DNA from: Acidobacteriota bacterium
Lineage (GTDB): Bacteria; Acidobacteriota; Thermoanaerobaculia; Gp7-AA8
Assembly: GCA_019244185.1 (NCBI GenBank)
Contig: JAFATB010000006.1
Span: 128,001-192,000 of the forward strand
Length of the DNA: 64,000 nucleotides
Direction: 5' to 3'
In this document: positions 19,925 through 29,528 of the stretch, in pieces
Position numbering within the stretch: the first letter of the stretch is position 1
Layout: each line of letters begins with the position of its first letter
Made by a program: the position numbers and the translations under genes
The notes under the pieces: model-generated
The model's database searches: none
What the model saw: the letters and a program-made list of their open reading frames with translations, nothing else
Told to the model about the DNA's origin: nothing

Positions 19925-21418
19925 TTAATGCCCGTGCGTATCGTCCACCTGCAGCGACGACAACATCTGATTGAGCACGCCGTTGTACGCGGACGCCTGC
20001 TGCTCCGGCGTCACGAACAGCATGTAGATCACGTGACCGTCGGGCAGTCCGCGCGTCACCACCGTCACGCGCTCGTCCACGCCGGTGTTCGGGTTGCGTC
20101 CGCCGAGCGCCACGGCCATGCCGGTGCGTCCGTCGATGTTCACGCGCTGGCCCTGGTTGCTCAGCAGCCGCAGGTGCGGGCTGTTGCTCTGGATCTGCTG
20201 GAGCAGGTCCTGCGTCGCTTCCTGCAACGTGATCTGTCCGCCCGTGCCGCCGCCGTTGTTGAGGTACGCGCGCGGGTTGTTGCCGAACGGATCGTAGTGA
20301 TTGATGACGAGGCCGTAGACGATCTCCGCGCGACCGTTCGCGTTGCCGACGCCGCCCTGCGGCGCGATCGTCACGCCGAAACCGTTCGACGGATAGACCT
20401 GCCAGTTCGACGGATACGCGACCTGATACGAGGCCGTCTTGTTCGTGTACGTGCGCCACTGGCGCGACGGCGCGGCGACGTTGCCGATCGCGGCGCCGGA
20501 ACTCGTTCCCGTGCTGCTGGTCATGGGCGGATTCGTGCGCGCCACGCCCTGCGCGATCTGCGCGGACGTTGGAGCGTTTCCGTAGCGGCGCAGCGAGGTC
20601 TTAATCGATGCGAGCTGCTGCGGGTTCGTCGTCGGCGCCGACGCGACGCGCAGCATCTGCGATTCCTTCTGAATGCGCGCGATGCGGTCCGGCGGTGCCG
20701 GGTGATCGGAGAGCCAGTTCGTCTTGTGCGACTGGTCGACCGATTCGAGCGTGTGGAAGAAGTTCACCATGTCGATGGGCGAGTAACCGCTCGCGGCGAG
20801 GATCTGCGCGCCGCGCACGTCAGCTTGCGACTCGAGGTCGCGGCTGAACTTGAGGAAGAGCGCGTTGAGGCCGAGGCCGCCGACGGCGTTGAGGATTTGC
20901 GCGGTGCCGCCGCCGACGCGGCCGCCGAGAATGCCGCCGAGGATCTGCAGACCCGCCTGCGCGGCATACGCTTTCGAGGCCTGGTGCGTGCCGTGACGCA
21001 GCGACACGTGCGCGATCTCGTGCGCGATGACGCCCGCGACTTCACCTTCATTCTTCGCGTTCTCGAGGATGCCGCGGTTCACGTAGACGTAGCCGCCGGG
21101 CAATGCGAACGCGTTGATGTCGGAGGCGTTCACGACGCGGAAGCGATACTGAAACTGCGGGCCGCCCGCGTTCGCCGCGAGCCGCTGGCCGATGCGGTTG
21201 ACGTAGTTGTCGACCGCCGAGTCGCGCAGGATCGGCAGCTGCTGTTCCGCCTGTGCGGCGCTCTGCGAGCCGATCTCGACGTCCTGCTGCGCGCTAAAGA
21301 GATTGAATCCGGGATTGACTTTCGTTTGCGCGTACGCCGCGTCCGTCGCGAGCGTCGCGACGAACATCAGGGCGAGGAGCGGACGCGCAAGTGCATGACC
21401 TGCTCGGTTCATGTGCAT
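19925..21418 (-). CDS. M48 family metallopeptidase
   Basis: INAFALPGG, HEIAH, FSRDLESQAD, SDHP. Confidence 0.92.
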   Translation of the reverse strand: MHMNRAGHALARPLLALMFVATLATDAAYAQTKVNPGFNLFSAQQDVEIGSQSAAQAEQQLPILRDSAVDNYVNRIGQRLAANAGGPQFQYRFRVVNASDINAFALPGGYVYVNRGILENAKNEGEVAGVIAHEIAHVSLRHGTHQASKAYAAQAGLQILGGILGGRVGGGTAQILNAVGGLGLNALFLKFSRDLESQADVRGAQILAASGYSPIDMVNFFHTLESVDQSHKTNWLSDHPAPPDRIARIQKESQMLRVASAPTTNPQQLASIKTSLRRYGNAPTSAQIAQGVARTNPPMTSSTGTSSGAAIGNVAAPSRQWRTYTNKTASYQVAYPSNWQVYPSNGFGVTIAPQGGVGNANGRAEIVYGLVINHYDPFGNNPRAYLNNGGGTGGQITLQEATQDLLQQIQSNSPHLRLLSNQGQRVNIDGRTGMAVALGGRNPNTGVDERVTVVTRGLPDGHVIYMLFVTPEQQASAYNGVLNQMLSSLQVDDTHGH

Positions 21419-21516
21419 GTCTCCTTCGCCGCTCTCCATTGCATCCGCAATGCCGTGATGGATGGGCGCAAATCACTGATTCTGCGCCAAGACTGGCCGG
21501 TTTTCGGGACGCAGTG

Positions 21517-22776
21517 TCAACGGGTACCGACGACGCGGCGACGGCTGGAGACGAGATGGCCGAGCACGTCGAGGTCCGCCGCCGTGATGAGCCCGTCTGC
21601 ATTCGCGTCGCAGCCCCACGAGCCGACGTACGCGCCGTCCTGAGCCGTGACCATCGGATGCGGGTCGCCGTCGGCGAGCTCGCGCATCAATGGATAGACG
21701 TCGCGAAAGTCGACGTGTCCGTCGCCGTCGCAGTCGCCGCGCTGCGGTACGACGAGATGGCGCACCGTGCTCGTTCCCGCAAAGCCGGATGTGACGAGAT
21801 AGAGCTCGCCTTGCGGCGCCTGCATCACGTCGATCACCGGCTCGTCGAGCTCGCTGACGACGGCGTGCGGCGCCGCCACCGGCGAGGCATCGAGATTCTG
21901 AAAGTAGTAGACCGCGCTCGTGACGAACGAGCCGACGAGATAGCCGCGAGGCAGCAGCGCGTTGGAGCCGTCGAGCCGCGCGACGCCGGTCGGCGCGACG
22001 GTGGTCGGGAAGACGTACACCGGCGCGATCGAGCCGCTCATCGGCGCCTCGTTGCCGAACGTGTTCGGCCAGCCGAGGTTCGAGCCGGCCGTCGCGAGGT
22101 TGATCTCGTCGCCGTTGTCGGGACCGTTGTCCGCGACGACAACATGTTGACCATCCGGCTCGACCGCGAGGTCGTAGGGATTGCGCAGGCCGCGCGCCCA
22201 CTCCGTGGCGGTGCCGTCGCGCTGCACGCGCCACACGCGGCCGCCGTTCCACCCGTCCGCCTGCGCCGCGACACGGCCGTTGTATTCGCCGATGCCGAGG
22301 AAGATCGAGCCGTCCGATGCGACCGTCGGATTGCCGCCGTGATGCTCGGCGGACGCGCCGCGCGACGGCACGTCCACGTCGCACACGAACGTGTGCAGTA
22401 CCTGCTCGGCGCCGGTCGCAAGGTCGACCGTCGACAGCACGTCCGCGATCACGGTCGCGCTGTCGTCCTTCTGCCCGTCCCACTTCGTGTAATGCACCGC
22501 GGCGGTGCTGTCGTCGAGCAGCGCCATGCCGAGAAGACCGCCGTTGCCGCCGTCGTGCGTCGGGAGCGACGCGATGGGCGTGGCCTGATCGCCGTCGATG
22601 CGATAGATCCACCCTTGCGTGGTCGTGCAATAGATCGTGCCGTGCGAGTCGATGGCGATCGAGCTCGCGAAGCCCGGCACCTGCGCGACCGGTTCGACGC
22701 GAAATCCGGGCAGCATGTCCGCGCGCAGAGCTGTCGTGAGAAGGAGAACGGCCACTGCCGGGCTGAGGAGCTTCAT
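21517..22776 (-). CDS. PQQ-dependent glucose/sorbosone dehydrogenase-family beta-propeller with dockerin-like Ca-binding tail
   Basis: GLLG, HHGG, ARGLRNPY, DNG, DEIN...GWP; GDCDGDG and DANADG; C-terminal SRRRVVGTR. Confidence 0.85.
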   Translation of the reverse strand: MKLLSPAVAVLLLTTALRADMLPGFRVEPVAQVPGFASSIAIDSHGTIYCTTTQGWIYRIDGDQATPIASLPTHDGGNGGLLGMALLDDSTAAVHYTKWDGQKDDSATVIADVLSTVDLATGAEQVLHTFVCDVDVPSRGASAEHHGGNPTVASDGSIFLGIGEYNGRVAAQADGWNGGRVWRVQRDGTATEWARGLRNPYDLAVEPDGQHVVVADNGPDNGDEINLATAGSNLGWPNTFGNEAPMSGSIAPVYVFPTTVAPTGVARLDGSNALLPRGYLVGSFVTSAVYYFQNLDASPVAAPHAVVSELDEPVIDVMQAPQGELYLVTSGFAGTSTVRHLVVPQRGDCDGDGHVDFRDVYPLMRELADGDPHPMVTAQDGAYVGSWGCDANADGLITAADLDVLGHLVSSRRRVVGTR

Positions 22777-22821
22777 CCGCTGCGCACGCAAGAAAAGATC
22801 GCGCCAGCTTAGTATCACAAC

Positions 22822-23439
22822 ATGAAAACGTTGTTGATCACCGGCGGCACCGGCGGCCTCGGCACGCACGTCGTCGATCGCCTGCGTCGCGACTATCGCT
22901 GCGTCGTGCTCGCCCGCGGCGCGGCGCCCGAAGGCGTCGAGTCCGTGCACGGCGATCTCGCCGACGACGCGAGCATCGCAGCAGCGTTCGCGCAGGTGGC
23001 GCCGTTCTACGGACTCGTGCATCTCGCCGGCGGCTTCGCGATGGGCTCTGTCGCCGAGACGTCGAACGAGACGTGGTCGCAGATGCTCGCGCTGAATCTA
23101 ACGGGCGCCTTCAACGCCGCGCGCGCCGCGCTGCCGCACCTCTCGCGTCCTGGCCGGATCGTGATGGTGAGCTCCGAAGCGACCCTCGCGCCGTCCGCCG
23201 GCATCGCCGCGTATCTCGTGTCGAAGTCGGCGCTCAATACACTCGTCGACGTGCTCGCCGTCGAGAACCGCGATCTCACCGTGAACGCCGTGCTGCCCGC
23301 GTCGATGGCGACGCCGGCGATGCGCGCGTCGGGGATGACCGGACTCGTGCCGCTCGAGCGCGTGTCCGAAACGATCGCGTTCCTGCTGTCCGACGCGGCC
23401 GCGGGCATCAGCGGCGCACGGATTCCGATTCGCGCATAA
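22822..23439 (+). CDS. Short-chain dehydrogenase/reductase
   Basis: TGGTGGLG, YLVSK, VNAVLP. Confidence 0.9.
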   Translation: MKTLLITGGTGGLGTHVVDRLRRDYRCVVLARGAAPEGVESVHGDLADDASIAAAFAQVAPFYGLVHLAGGFAMGSVAETSNETWSQMLALNLTGAFNAARAALPHLSRPGRIVMVSSEATLAPSAGIAAYLVSKSALNTLVDVLAVENRDLTVNAVLPASMATPAMRASGMTGLVPLERVSETIAFLLSDAAAGISGARIPIRA

Positions 23440-23454
23440 TGGTCGCGAATCCAC

Positions 23455-24057
23455 GTGTTATCGACCGACCACACGCGCAGTGAAGCCGCGCTCGTCGCCG
23501 CGTTGCAGGCCGGCGATGGCAACGCGTTCGAGACGCTCCTCCGCGTCTACGGTCCCCGGCTCCTCCGCCTCGCCCGTCGCATCCTCGGCAATGAAGACGA
23601 TGCGCGCGACGTGCTGCAGGACGCGATGGTCGCCGTCTATCGCTCCATCGGCACGTTCGAGTCGACGGCCATGCTCTCGACGTGGCTGCACCGCATCGTC
23701 GTCAACGCGTGCCTCATGCGCCTGCGCGCGCAACGCAGGCGTCCCGAGGAGCTCGATGTTGACGAATACCTCCCGCGGTTTCAGGAGGACGGACACCAGG
23801 TCGAGCCGAGCGTCGCGTGGAGCGAGAACGCGCAGAGCGTGCTCGAACGCGAAGAGCTCCGCGACCTCGTGCGCGCCAACATCGCGCGGCTGCCGGACGC
23901 CTACCGTATCGTTTTGCATCTCCGCGACATCGAAGAGATGTCGACCGAGGAGACTGCCGCGATTTTGGGCATCACGAAGAACGCTGTGAAGATCCGCCTG
24001 CACCGCGCGCGACAGGCACTGCGCACGCTGCTCGACGCGCACATGAGACCGCGATGA
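23455..24057 (+). CDS. ECF RNA polymerase sigma factor
   Basis: DVLQD, STWLHRIVVN, region 4 HTH VKIRLHRAR. Confidence 0.93.
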   Translation: MLSTDHTRSEAALVAALQAGDGNAFETLLRVYGPRLLRLARRILGNEDDARDVLQDAMVAVYRSIGTFESTAMLSTWLHRIVVNACLMRLRAQRRRPEELDVDEYLPRFQEDGHQVEPSVAWSENAQSVLEREELRDLVRANIARLPDAYRIVLHLRDIEEMSTEETAAILGITKNAVKIRLHRARQALRTLLDAHMRPR

Positions 24058-24311
24058 ACGCACCGACCAAATTTCCGACCTGCCACGACGTCCTCACGTT
24101 CCTCGACGACTACGTCGCCGGCGAGCTCGCCCCCGACACCCGCGCCACGTTCGACCGCCACCTCAGCGTCTGCCCCTCGTGCGTCGCGTACCTGGCGAGC
24201 TACCGCGAGACCATCGCCATGGCCCGCGCCGCCCACCGCCCCCCCACCCTCCCGACCGTGCCCCCCGAGCTCCTCGCCGCCATCCGCACGAGCATCGCCC
24301 CCGGGAAATAA
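24054..24311 (+). CDS. zf-HC2 (ZAS) anti-sigma factor
   Basis: HLSVCPSC motif; ATGA overlap with the sigma gene. Confidence 0.88.
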   Translation: MNAPTKFPTCHDVLTFLDDYVAGELAPDTRATFDRHLSVCPSCVAYLASYRETIAMARAAHRPPTLPTVPPELLAAIRTSIAPGK

Positions 24312-24340
24312 CCCCCACCCCCACCCCGTTGACGTGGACC

Positions 24341-24369
24341 TTGACGCAAGGAGCCGCCGCCCCCATAAT
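24341..24369 (+). promoter_or_regulatory. Sigma70-type promoter of the tRNA gene
   Basis: TTGACG-N17-CATAAT. Confidence 0.8.
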
Positions 24370-24397
24370 CGCGCCCTCTTTGCGACCCACCAAGTGA

Positions 24398-24476
<79 letters not shown>

Positions 24477-24488
24477 CGAACATGATCT

Positions 24489-24510
24489 AAGCCGCTGGAA
24501 ACAGCGGCTT
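24489..24510 (+). terminator. Hairpin terminator after the tRNA
   Basis: aagccgctg-gaaa-cagcggctt. Confidence 0.7.
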
Positions 24511-24554
24511 TAGTGTTTCTGGACTATTCAGATTTACTTCCACAGATTCGCTAA

Positions 24555-24573
24555 CTGTCCGAGAACCGTCCGA
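24555..24573. promoter_or_regulatory. Putative integrase arm-type sites (left)
   Basis: ctgtccgagaaccgtccga, matching repeats at 62350-62368 and 62406-62428. Confidence 0.72.
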
Positions 24574-24586
24574 CTTCTCGGAAAAG

Positions 24587-25294
24587 TCATGCGGCGAGGG
24601 GTGCAACTGCGAGCGTAGTGAGGATGTTCGCCAGGAGTTTTGGTTCGTCGATCATCATGTCGTGCATGCTCGGCGTTTCGAGCACTTGCCACCCGGTCGT
24701 TCTCGCGTCGTCGCGACACTGATTGAAACGATTACTCACGTACTTCGTCGTGCGGATGTAGAGCTTCTTCTTGATCGCCTCGCGACAGCCGGTGAGTCGG
24801 ATCGGTTGCAGCGCGACGCCGACGGGTTGTTTGGTCAAGAGGTCGTTAACCCACGCGCTGTTCTCCGCGCTCACGAACTCCGAGGCGTGAGGATGGTCAG
24901 TTCCTGGTTGTCCAAGTGCGAGCGCTTCGTCGATCTTCTCGGGATGGTTCGACGTGTCGTAGCCGCGTTGTCCGTCTTGCGGTAGATGGGCGTCGAGGAA
25001 CACGAGTGCTCTTACCCGTCGATGGATGTGTTCGAGCGCGCCGGACGTGGGCCATCCACCGTAGGAGTGCGCGCAGAGGACGACATCGTCGAGTCGTTCG
25101 GTGGTGAAGATATCGACGATGTCCGCGATGTGCGTCTCCAAGGTGATGTCGAAGCTCAGGAGGTGGGACCGCTCACCGAGTCCAGCGAGCGTCGGTGTGA
25201 AGACCTGGTGTCCCTCTGCTCGTAGCAGGTCAGCGACGGTTTGCCAGCACCAGGCACCATGCCACGCACCGTGGATGAGAACGAACACGCTCAT
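24587..25294 (-). CDS. Alpha/beta hydrolase (methylesterase-like)
   Basis: HGAWHGAWCW, AHSYGG nucleophile elbow, late His. Confidence 0.9.
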   Translation of the reverse strand: MSVFVLIHGAWHGAWCWQTVADLLRAEGHQVFTPTLAGLGERSHLLSFDITLETHIADIVDIFTTERLDDVVLCAHSYGGWPTSGALEHIHRRVRALVFLDAHLPQDGQRGYDTSNHPEKIDEALALGQPGTDHPHASEFVSAENSAWVNDLLTKQPVGVALQPIRLTGCREAIKKKLYIRTTKYVSNRFNQCRDDARTTGWQVLETPSMHDMMIDEPKLLANILTTLAVAPLAA

Positions 25295-25324
25295 ATTGCT
25301 TGCTAGGTTGCAAGCGCGGTTCCT

Positions 25325-26383
25325 TCAGGCTTTGGCTTGGAGGTACTCCTGCGTCTTTTTCATGGCGTCGCGCAGGTCACGCTCGTCGGTGATGTTGTAC
25401 CGGTCAAAGACGCTGCGAGTTTTGTGGCCGCTGATCTTCATGGCGACGGTTTCTGGGACACCGGCGCGGACCATGTTCCTGATCGCGGTGCGTCGGAAGT
25501 CGTGGAAGAGCTTCTTGCCTACTCCGGCCTTGGTACAGGCGGTTGCCCATGCTTTCTTGATGTCGACGATCGCGTGGCCCTCGTTGTGGAAGACGAGCGT
25601 GGCGATCCTGCTCGTGCGGCCGTTGCGGATGACGCGTTCGTTCCAGCGTCGCTCGATGATCGTCCAGAGGTCTCCTTCGAGGGCGAGCGTGCGTCCGTCG
25701 CCGTTCTTGCTTTCCTCGGGTCGGAGGCGGATGACGCGGGCACGTTGGTCGACGTCGCTCCATTCGAGCGTGAAGACTTCGCCGCGGCGCCACCCGCTGA
25801 GGTACGCGAACCGACACGCGTCCTGCAGATACGTAGGGAGGTGCTCGATGACGCGTTCCAACTCGTCGTGTTCGAAGAATCCTTGGCGGGTGTTCTTCTC
25901 GGGCAGCTTGCGAATGTAGGGCTTGGTGTTGAGTTCGCGGCGTCGGAGCGCGAGGTTGAATGCTTGCCCGACGAGTTGCGTGCTGCGGTTGATCGTTGCC
26001 GGCGCTCGTCCCGCTTCGAGTGCTGCTTCGATGAACGTGTCGATGTGCTTGGGCGTGAGCTTGGTGGCGCGGTAGTGCCCGAAGTTGTCGCGAGCGCGCT
26101 GCAGGTGACACGTGATGCTTGGGCTGTACTTGCCGCGCAGCTTGTAGTCATGCTCCAACGCGTCGAGCAGGTCGCTGACAGTGATGCGGTCTTGGTGCGG
26201 GATGAAGGTCTGCAGGCCGAGGGTTTCTGCACCGAGCTCCTGCTGCCGACGCTTGAGGAGTTTCTGCGCGTCGCGGTACTCCGCGCTCTTGCTGCTCTCG
26301 CGCAGCTCTTTCCCTTGGTGGTTGTACGCAATCCACCAGTGGTTGCTGTCCCGTCGTTTGTAGATGCGTCCGTCGCCGCGCAT
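25325..26383 (-). CDS. int: Tyrosine recombinase/integrase (phage type)
   Basis: GWRRGE, KNG, HDFRR, SGH, RYNI catalytic residues; N-terminal arm-binding region. Confidence 0.95.
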   Translation of the reverse strand: MRGDGRIYKRRDSNHWWIAYNHQGKELRESSKSAEYRDAQKLLKRRQQELGAETLGLQTFIPHQDRITVSDLLDALEHDYKLRGKYSPSITCHLQRARDNFGHYRATKLTPKHIDTFIEAALEAGRAPATINRSTQLVGQAFNLALRRRELNTKPYIRKLPEKNTRQGFFEHDELERVIEHLPTYLQDACRFAYLSGWRRGEVFTLEWSDVDQRARVIRLRPEESKNGDGRTLALEGDLWTIIERRWNERVIRNGRTSRIATLVFHNEGHAIVDIKKAWATACTKAGVGKKLFHDFRRTAIRNMVRAGVPETVAMKISGHKTRSVFDRYNITDERDLRDAMKKTQEYLQAKA

Positions 26384-26437
26384 GTCATTCAAAAGGAAGC
26401 GGTCACGTCGTGCGAAAGTCCAGTAGCGAAACCGTAG

Positions 26438-26713
26438 CTACCCTCGCTCCCGTCGCAGGTAGTCTTGGATACCGATGGTGCTAAACCGGAGCTGCCCTGG
26501 TCCTGGTCGCACCGTGAAGCGGAACTCATCGGCGTGGCGGTACAGCCAGTCCGGCGTCACCGCAAGAATCACGGCCGCGTCGCGCACCGTGAGGAGATGA
26601 TCCTGCGGTCCGCCAAGGTGCTGTGCGACCTCCAGCGCGACCAGGCGTGCGAGCAGCTGCAGCCGTTCCGCTTCCGCGGTGGTCAGCTGCGCGAGAAGGT
26701 CGTCGCGAGTCAT
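26438..26713 (-). CDS. Excisionase-like HTH protein
   Basis: LLTVRDAAVILAVTPDWLYRH...LRF; immediately upstream of the integrase. Confidence 0.8.
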   Translation of the reverse strand: MTRDDLLAQLTTAEAERLQLLARLVALEVAQHLGGPQDHLLTVRDAAVILAVTPDWLYRHADEFRFTVRPGPGQLRFSTIGIQDYLRRERG

Positions 26714-28809
26714 GACCGAAGTGCGTCGAGCAGTCGGAGAACGTCGAGGAGGACGACGCGGTCTGTTGCACCAATGGTCTGCTGCAGCGCTTCGGCCTGG
26801 CCGAGTGTTGCGATGATCGTGAGCGCGAACCCCTCGTTGCGTGCGACGTTGCGCGGCCCGGTGAGTTCGGGGCGCGAGCATTCGACTTCGAGCGCGATCA
26901 CGTCGCCATCGTTGAGCGCAATCTGTCGTTCGCTGAGCTGCGCGATTGCATTGAGTAGTTGCTTGTGTGTCGTGGTGTTGTACGCAACGACGAGGTCGAC
27001 GCTGAGCGTCTCGATCGTGCTGCGCGGGATGCGCCGCGACAGCTCGTGGATGAGAAACGCGTGTTGCACCGAATCACCACCGCGCGTGCCTTTCGGTGGT
27101 CGCTTGCCAAGCCATGCGTGTCCTGCCGGCGTGAGGCGCAATGCGTTGCCGGTCTTGCCACGCCCGGCGCCGGTACGGACACGGTGCGACTCGAGAAACC
27201 CAAGACTCATCACGGTGGTCTTCGCGCGTTCTCCTTCCGAGAGTCGGAGTCCGCAGCGACTGAAGCACGGCGTGGTGAGGGTGTACGGATGCTCGGCAGC
27301 ATCGTTGAGGATGGCCGTGGCGTGCTTGTTGAGCGCAATCGTTTTCGTGTTCCTGGGTTGCTCCACCGCCGGCGCAACGCGTGCCGGTGGTGCGGATGAC
27401 GGCGCGGGTTCATGCGACGGCGTCGGCTGCCCCTTGCCCTCGATCCCTTCCCTTGCTGCCAATGCTCTTAGCGCTGCGAGTTGATCGGTGCGACGGAGTG
27501 CGATTTGCCAATCGCTCGGGCTGACTGCCTTCTCATTCGTGCTGCGCGGAAATGTGGCCAGGATGGGATGTCGCCACTCATCTGCCAATTTGATGATGCA
27601 TTCGCCGCGGACGAGGCGTGTGTTGAGAAACTCGTGCTCTTCGCTGGTGAGTCCGAAGGTGCGGGCGATCTCGCTGCTCTCCGCGGCGCTGGTAAGGTTC
27701 ATCACGATCTGCGTGCCGAGATTGGCCTTCAGCAGTGGATCAAGGAGTTGGACGCTCGTGCTGGTGACGATCATGCCGATGCCGTACTCGCGCACCATTG
27801 ACTGGACGTAGGAGAGCAGCGGCTGCCGATCGATGTTGCTGGCCTGCGCGTTCCACGCGGAGAGTCCTTCATCTAACACCACGACGTACGAGAGGCCACC
27901 GCGCCGCTGCTGCCGACGCTGATGGAACAGCAACTCATGAATCAGAAACGTGATGGCGAACTCGCTCGCCTCATTCGCTGCCGTAATGGGAAAGTAGAGG
28001 GAGTGCGTGAAGAGGTCATCGACCGTCAGGCCCGCCCGAGTGTGGAACATGCCGGGGTAGAGCGCGGCGAAGCGCTGCAACCGTAAGCTCGCGCCGGTGA
28101 TCGCGTCACGGCGGGAGAACGTATCGCCTTTGGCGCTCATGCGCCGCAGGATGGCCATGACATCGGCGAGTGATGGCTGCTCATGCTGCGCGAATGCCTG
28201 GTGGTGGGCGTCCGTGAGGACTTGCTTATTGTGTTCGCCACCGTAGAAGGTACGGGCAAGGCACGTGACGATGGTGCTGATGTGCTCCGGGCGCGTGATC
28301 CCCGGCGGTTGCTGGATGATGTTGAGCGCAACATCAGGATGCAGGATGAGGAAGCGCTCATCGTGTGCAGCGAGCGCACGCGTGTCGTCTTTGCGGTCGA
28401 CAATGATGAGGTGCACGCCGGCGGCGAGGAGTTGCGGAAGCAACGATGCGAGTAGCGTCGTCTTCCCGAAGCCTGTCGCTCCGAAGATGCCGACGTGTTG
28501 TGCGAAATGCTCATTCGTCCGGCGTACGGGTGTACCGTTCGCGTGCTGCACCGCAAGCATGAATGAGCCGTGCGTCGCCTCTGGTGGCATGACGCGGAAT
28601 GGGTGCTCGCGATGAAACTCAACGTAGACACGCAGCCGATCACGCACCACCTGCAGTGCGGTCACATCGCCATACACCGGGTGCTCGGGATCGATCGCCG
28701 CAAGCGTGTGCACAATCATCGGATCATGCCGGCCGAGTTCGAATCGATCCGCGATCGCCCTTAGCCGAGCAAGTTCGCGTGGATCGACGGTCTGAACGAG
28801 CAAAGCCAT
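26710..28809 (-). CDS. DUF87/HerA/VirB4-like ATPase fused to C-terminal wHTH and PD-(D/E)XK-like domain
   Basis: HVGIFGATGFGKT, VVLDEG, REYGIG; C-terminal LRLTPAG...QH...VDL...ALEVECS. Confidence 0.8.
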   Translation of the reverse strand: MALLVQTVDPRELARLRAIADRFELGRHDPMIVHTLAAIDPEHPVYGDVTALQVVRDRLRVYVEFHREHPFRVMPPEATHGSFMLAVQHANGTPVRRTNEHFAQHVGIFGATGFGKTTLLASLLPQLLAAGVHLIIVDRKDDTRALAAHDERFLILHPDVALNIIQQPPGITRPEHISTIVTCLARTFYGGEHNKQVLTDAHHQAFAQHEQPSLADVMAILRRMSAKGDTFSRRDAITGASLRLQRFAALYPGMFHTRAGLTVDDLFTHSLYFPITAANEASEFAITFLIHELLFHQRRQQRRGGLSYVVVLDEGLSAWNAQASNIDRQPLLSYVQSMVREYGIGMIVTSTSVQLLDPLLKANLGTQIVMNLTSAAESSEIARTFGLTSEEHEFLNTRLVRGECIIKLADEWRHPILATFPRSTNEKAVSPSDWQIALRRTDQLAALRALAAREGIEGKGQPTPSHEPAPSSAPPARVAPAVEQPRNTKTIALNKHATAILNDAAEHPYTLTTPCFSRCGLRLSEGERAKTTVMSLGFLESHRVRTGAGRGKTGNALRLTPAGHAWLGKRPPKGTRGGDSVQHAFLIHELSRRIPRSTIETLSVDLVVAYNTTTHKQLLNAIAQLSERQIALNDGDVIALEVECSRPELTGPRNVARNEGFALTIIATLGQAEALQQTIGATDRVVLLDVLRLLDALRS

Positions 28810-29189
28810 TCCCACCTCCACTCCCGATAGCAAGAGCGACACAAGCGCAGCGACCCCTCCTGGTCCTCCACGTGACGAATGCAGCGCGCGCAGGAGAGCG
28901 CGCCACAGTGCATGCACTCACGCATCACGGCCTGATGCAGTCCGTCACGTGCGCAATCGCTGCATGCGTACACCGCATCCTGCTCACTGACGACACGGCC
29001 ATCCATGGTGCGCACGAGCACACGCGAGAGGCGCGCGGTCCGACTCCCCTGCGGATCGATTGTGGTGTCCTCCACGACCTCCCCGATGTCGAAGCGTTGG
29101 TCACTGAAGTAGTCGCGGATCGTCGTTCTGCTCGTCGTGCGCTGGTTCACGGACGGGCGGGAAGCGTACGGGTTGGGAACGTCGGCCAT
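28761..29189 (-). CDS. Zinc-finger protein with four CxxC pairs
   Basis: CSDC, CMHC, CARC, CRSC; GGAGGA RBS before ATG 29189. Confidence 0.7.
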   Translation of the reverse strand: MADVPNPYASRPSVNQRTTSRTTIRDYFSDQRFDIGEVVEDTTIDPQGSRTARLSRVLVRTMDGRVVSEQDAVYACSDCARDGLHQAVMRECMHCGALSCARCIRHVEDQEGSLRLCRSCYREWRWEWLCSFRPSIHANLLG

Positions 29190-29523
29190 GAGTCCTCCGA
29201 ACACGATTGGCGTCGTTGAAGAGTTGCTGCAGACCGCTGCCAAGCAGCACGCCGGCAGCGATGGGAAGCAGGACATGAACAATGCGCTGCGGCGCGAGCG
29301 GCCACGTAAGCATGACTGCGAGGGCCACGAGGACGAGCACCAGTGCGCGCTGCCGATTCAAGGCGGCAGCTGACGCACTGGCGAACAAGAGGTAGTACGC
29401 CGCGTCCAGCAGCGAGAGCACGAGCGTGATCCCCTCGGCGTGTGCCGCCGCCGCGACGGCGGCGAGCACATTCACGCAGAGAAGAATCACAAGGGCGTGC
29501 ACAAGGGTGCGGTAGAAGAGCAT
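29101..29523 (-). CDS. Small multi-pass membrane protein
   Basis: About four hydrophobic segments; inside the operon. Confidence 0.65.
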   Translation of the reverse strand: MLFYRTLVHALVILLCVNVLAAVAAAAHAEGITLVLSLLDAAYYLLFASASAAALNRQRALVLVLVALAVMLTWPLAPQRIVHVLLPIAAGVLLGSGLQQLFNDANRVRRTHGRRSQPVRFPPVREPAHDEQNDDPRLLQ

Positions 29524-29528
29524 CGTCC

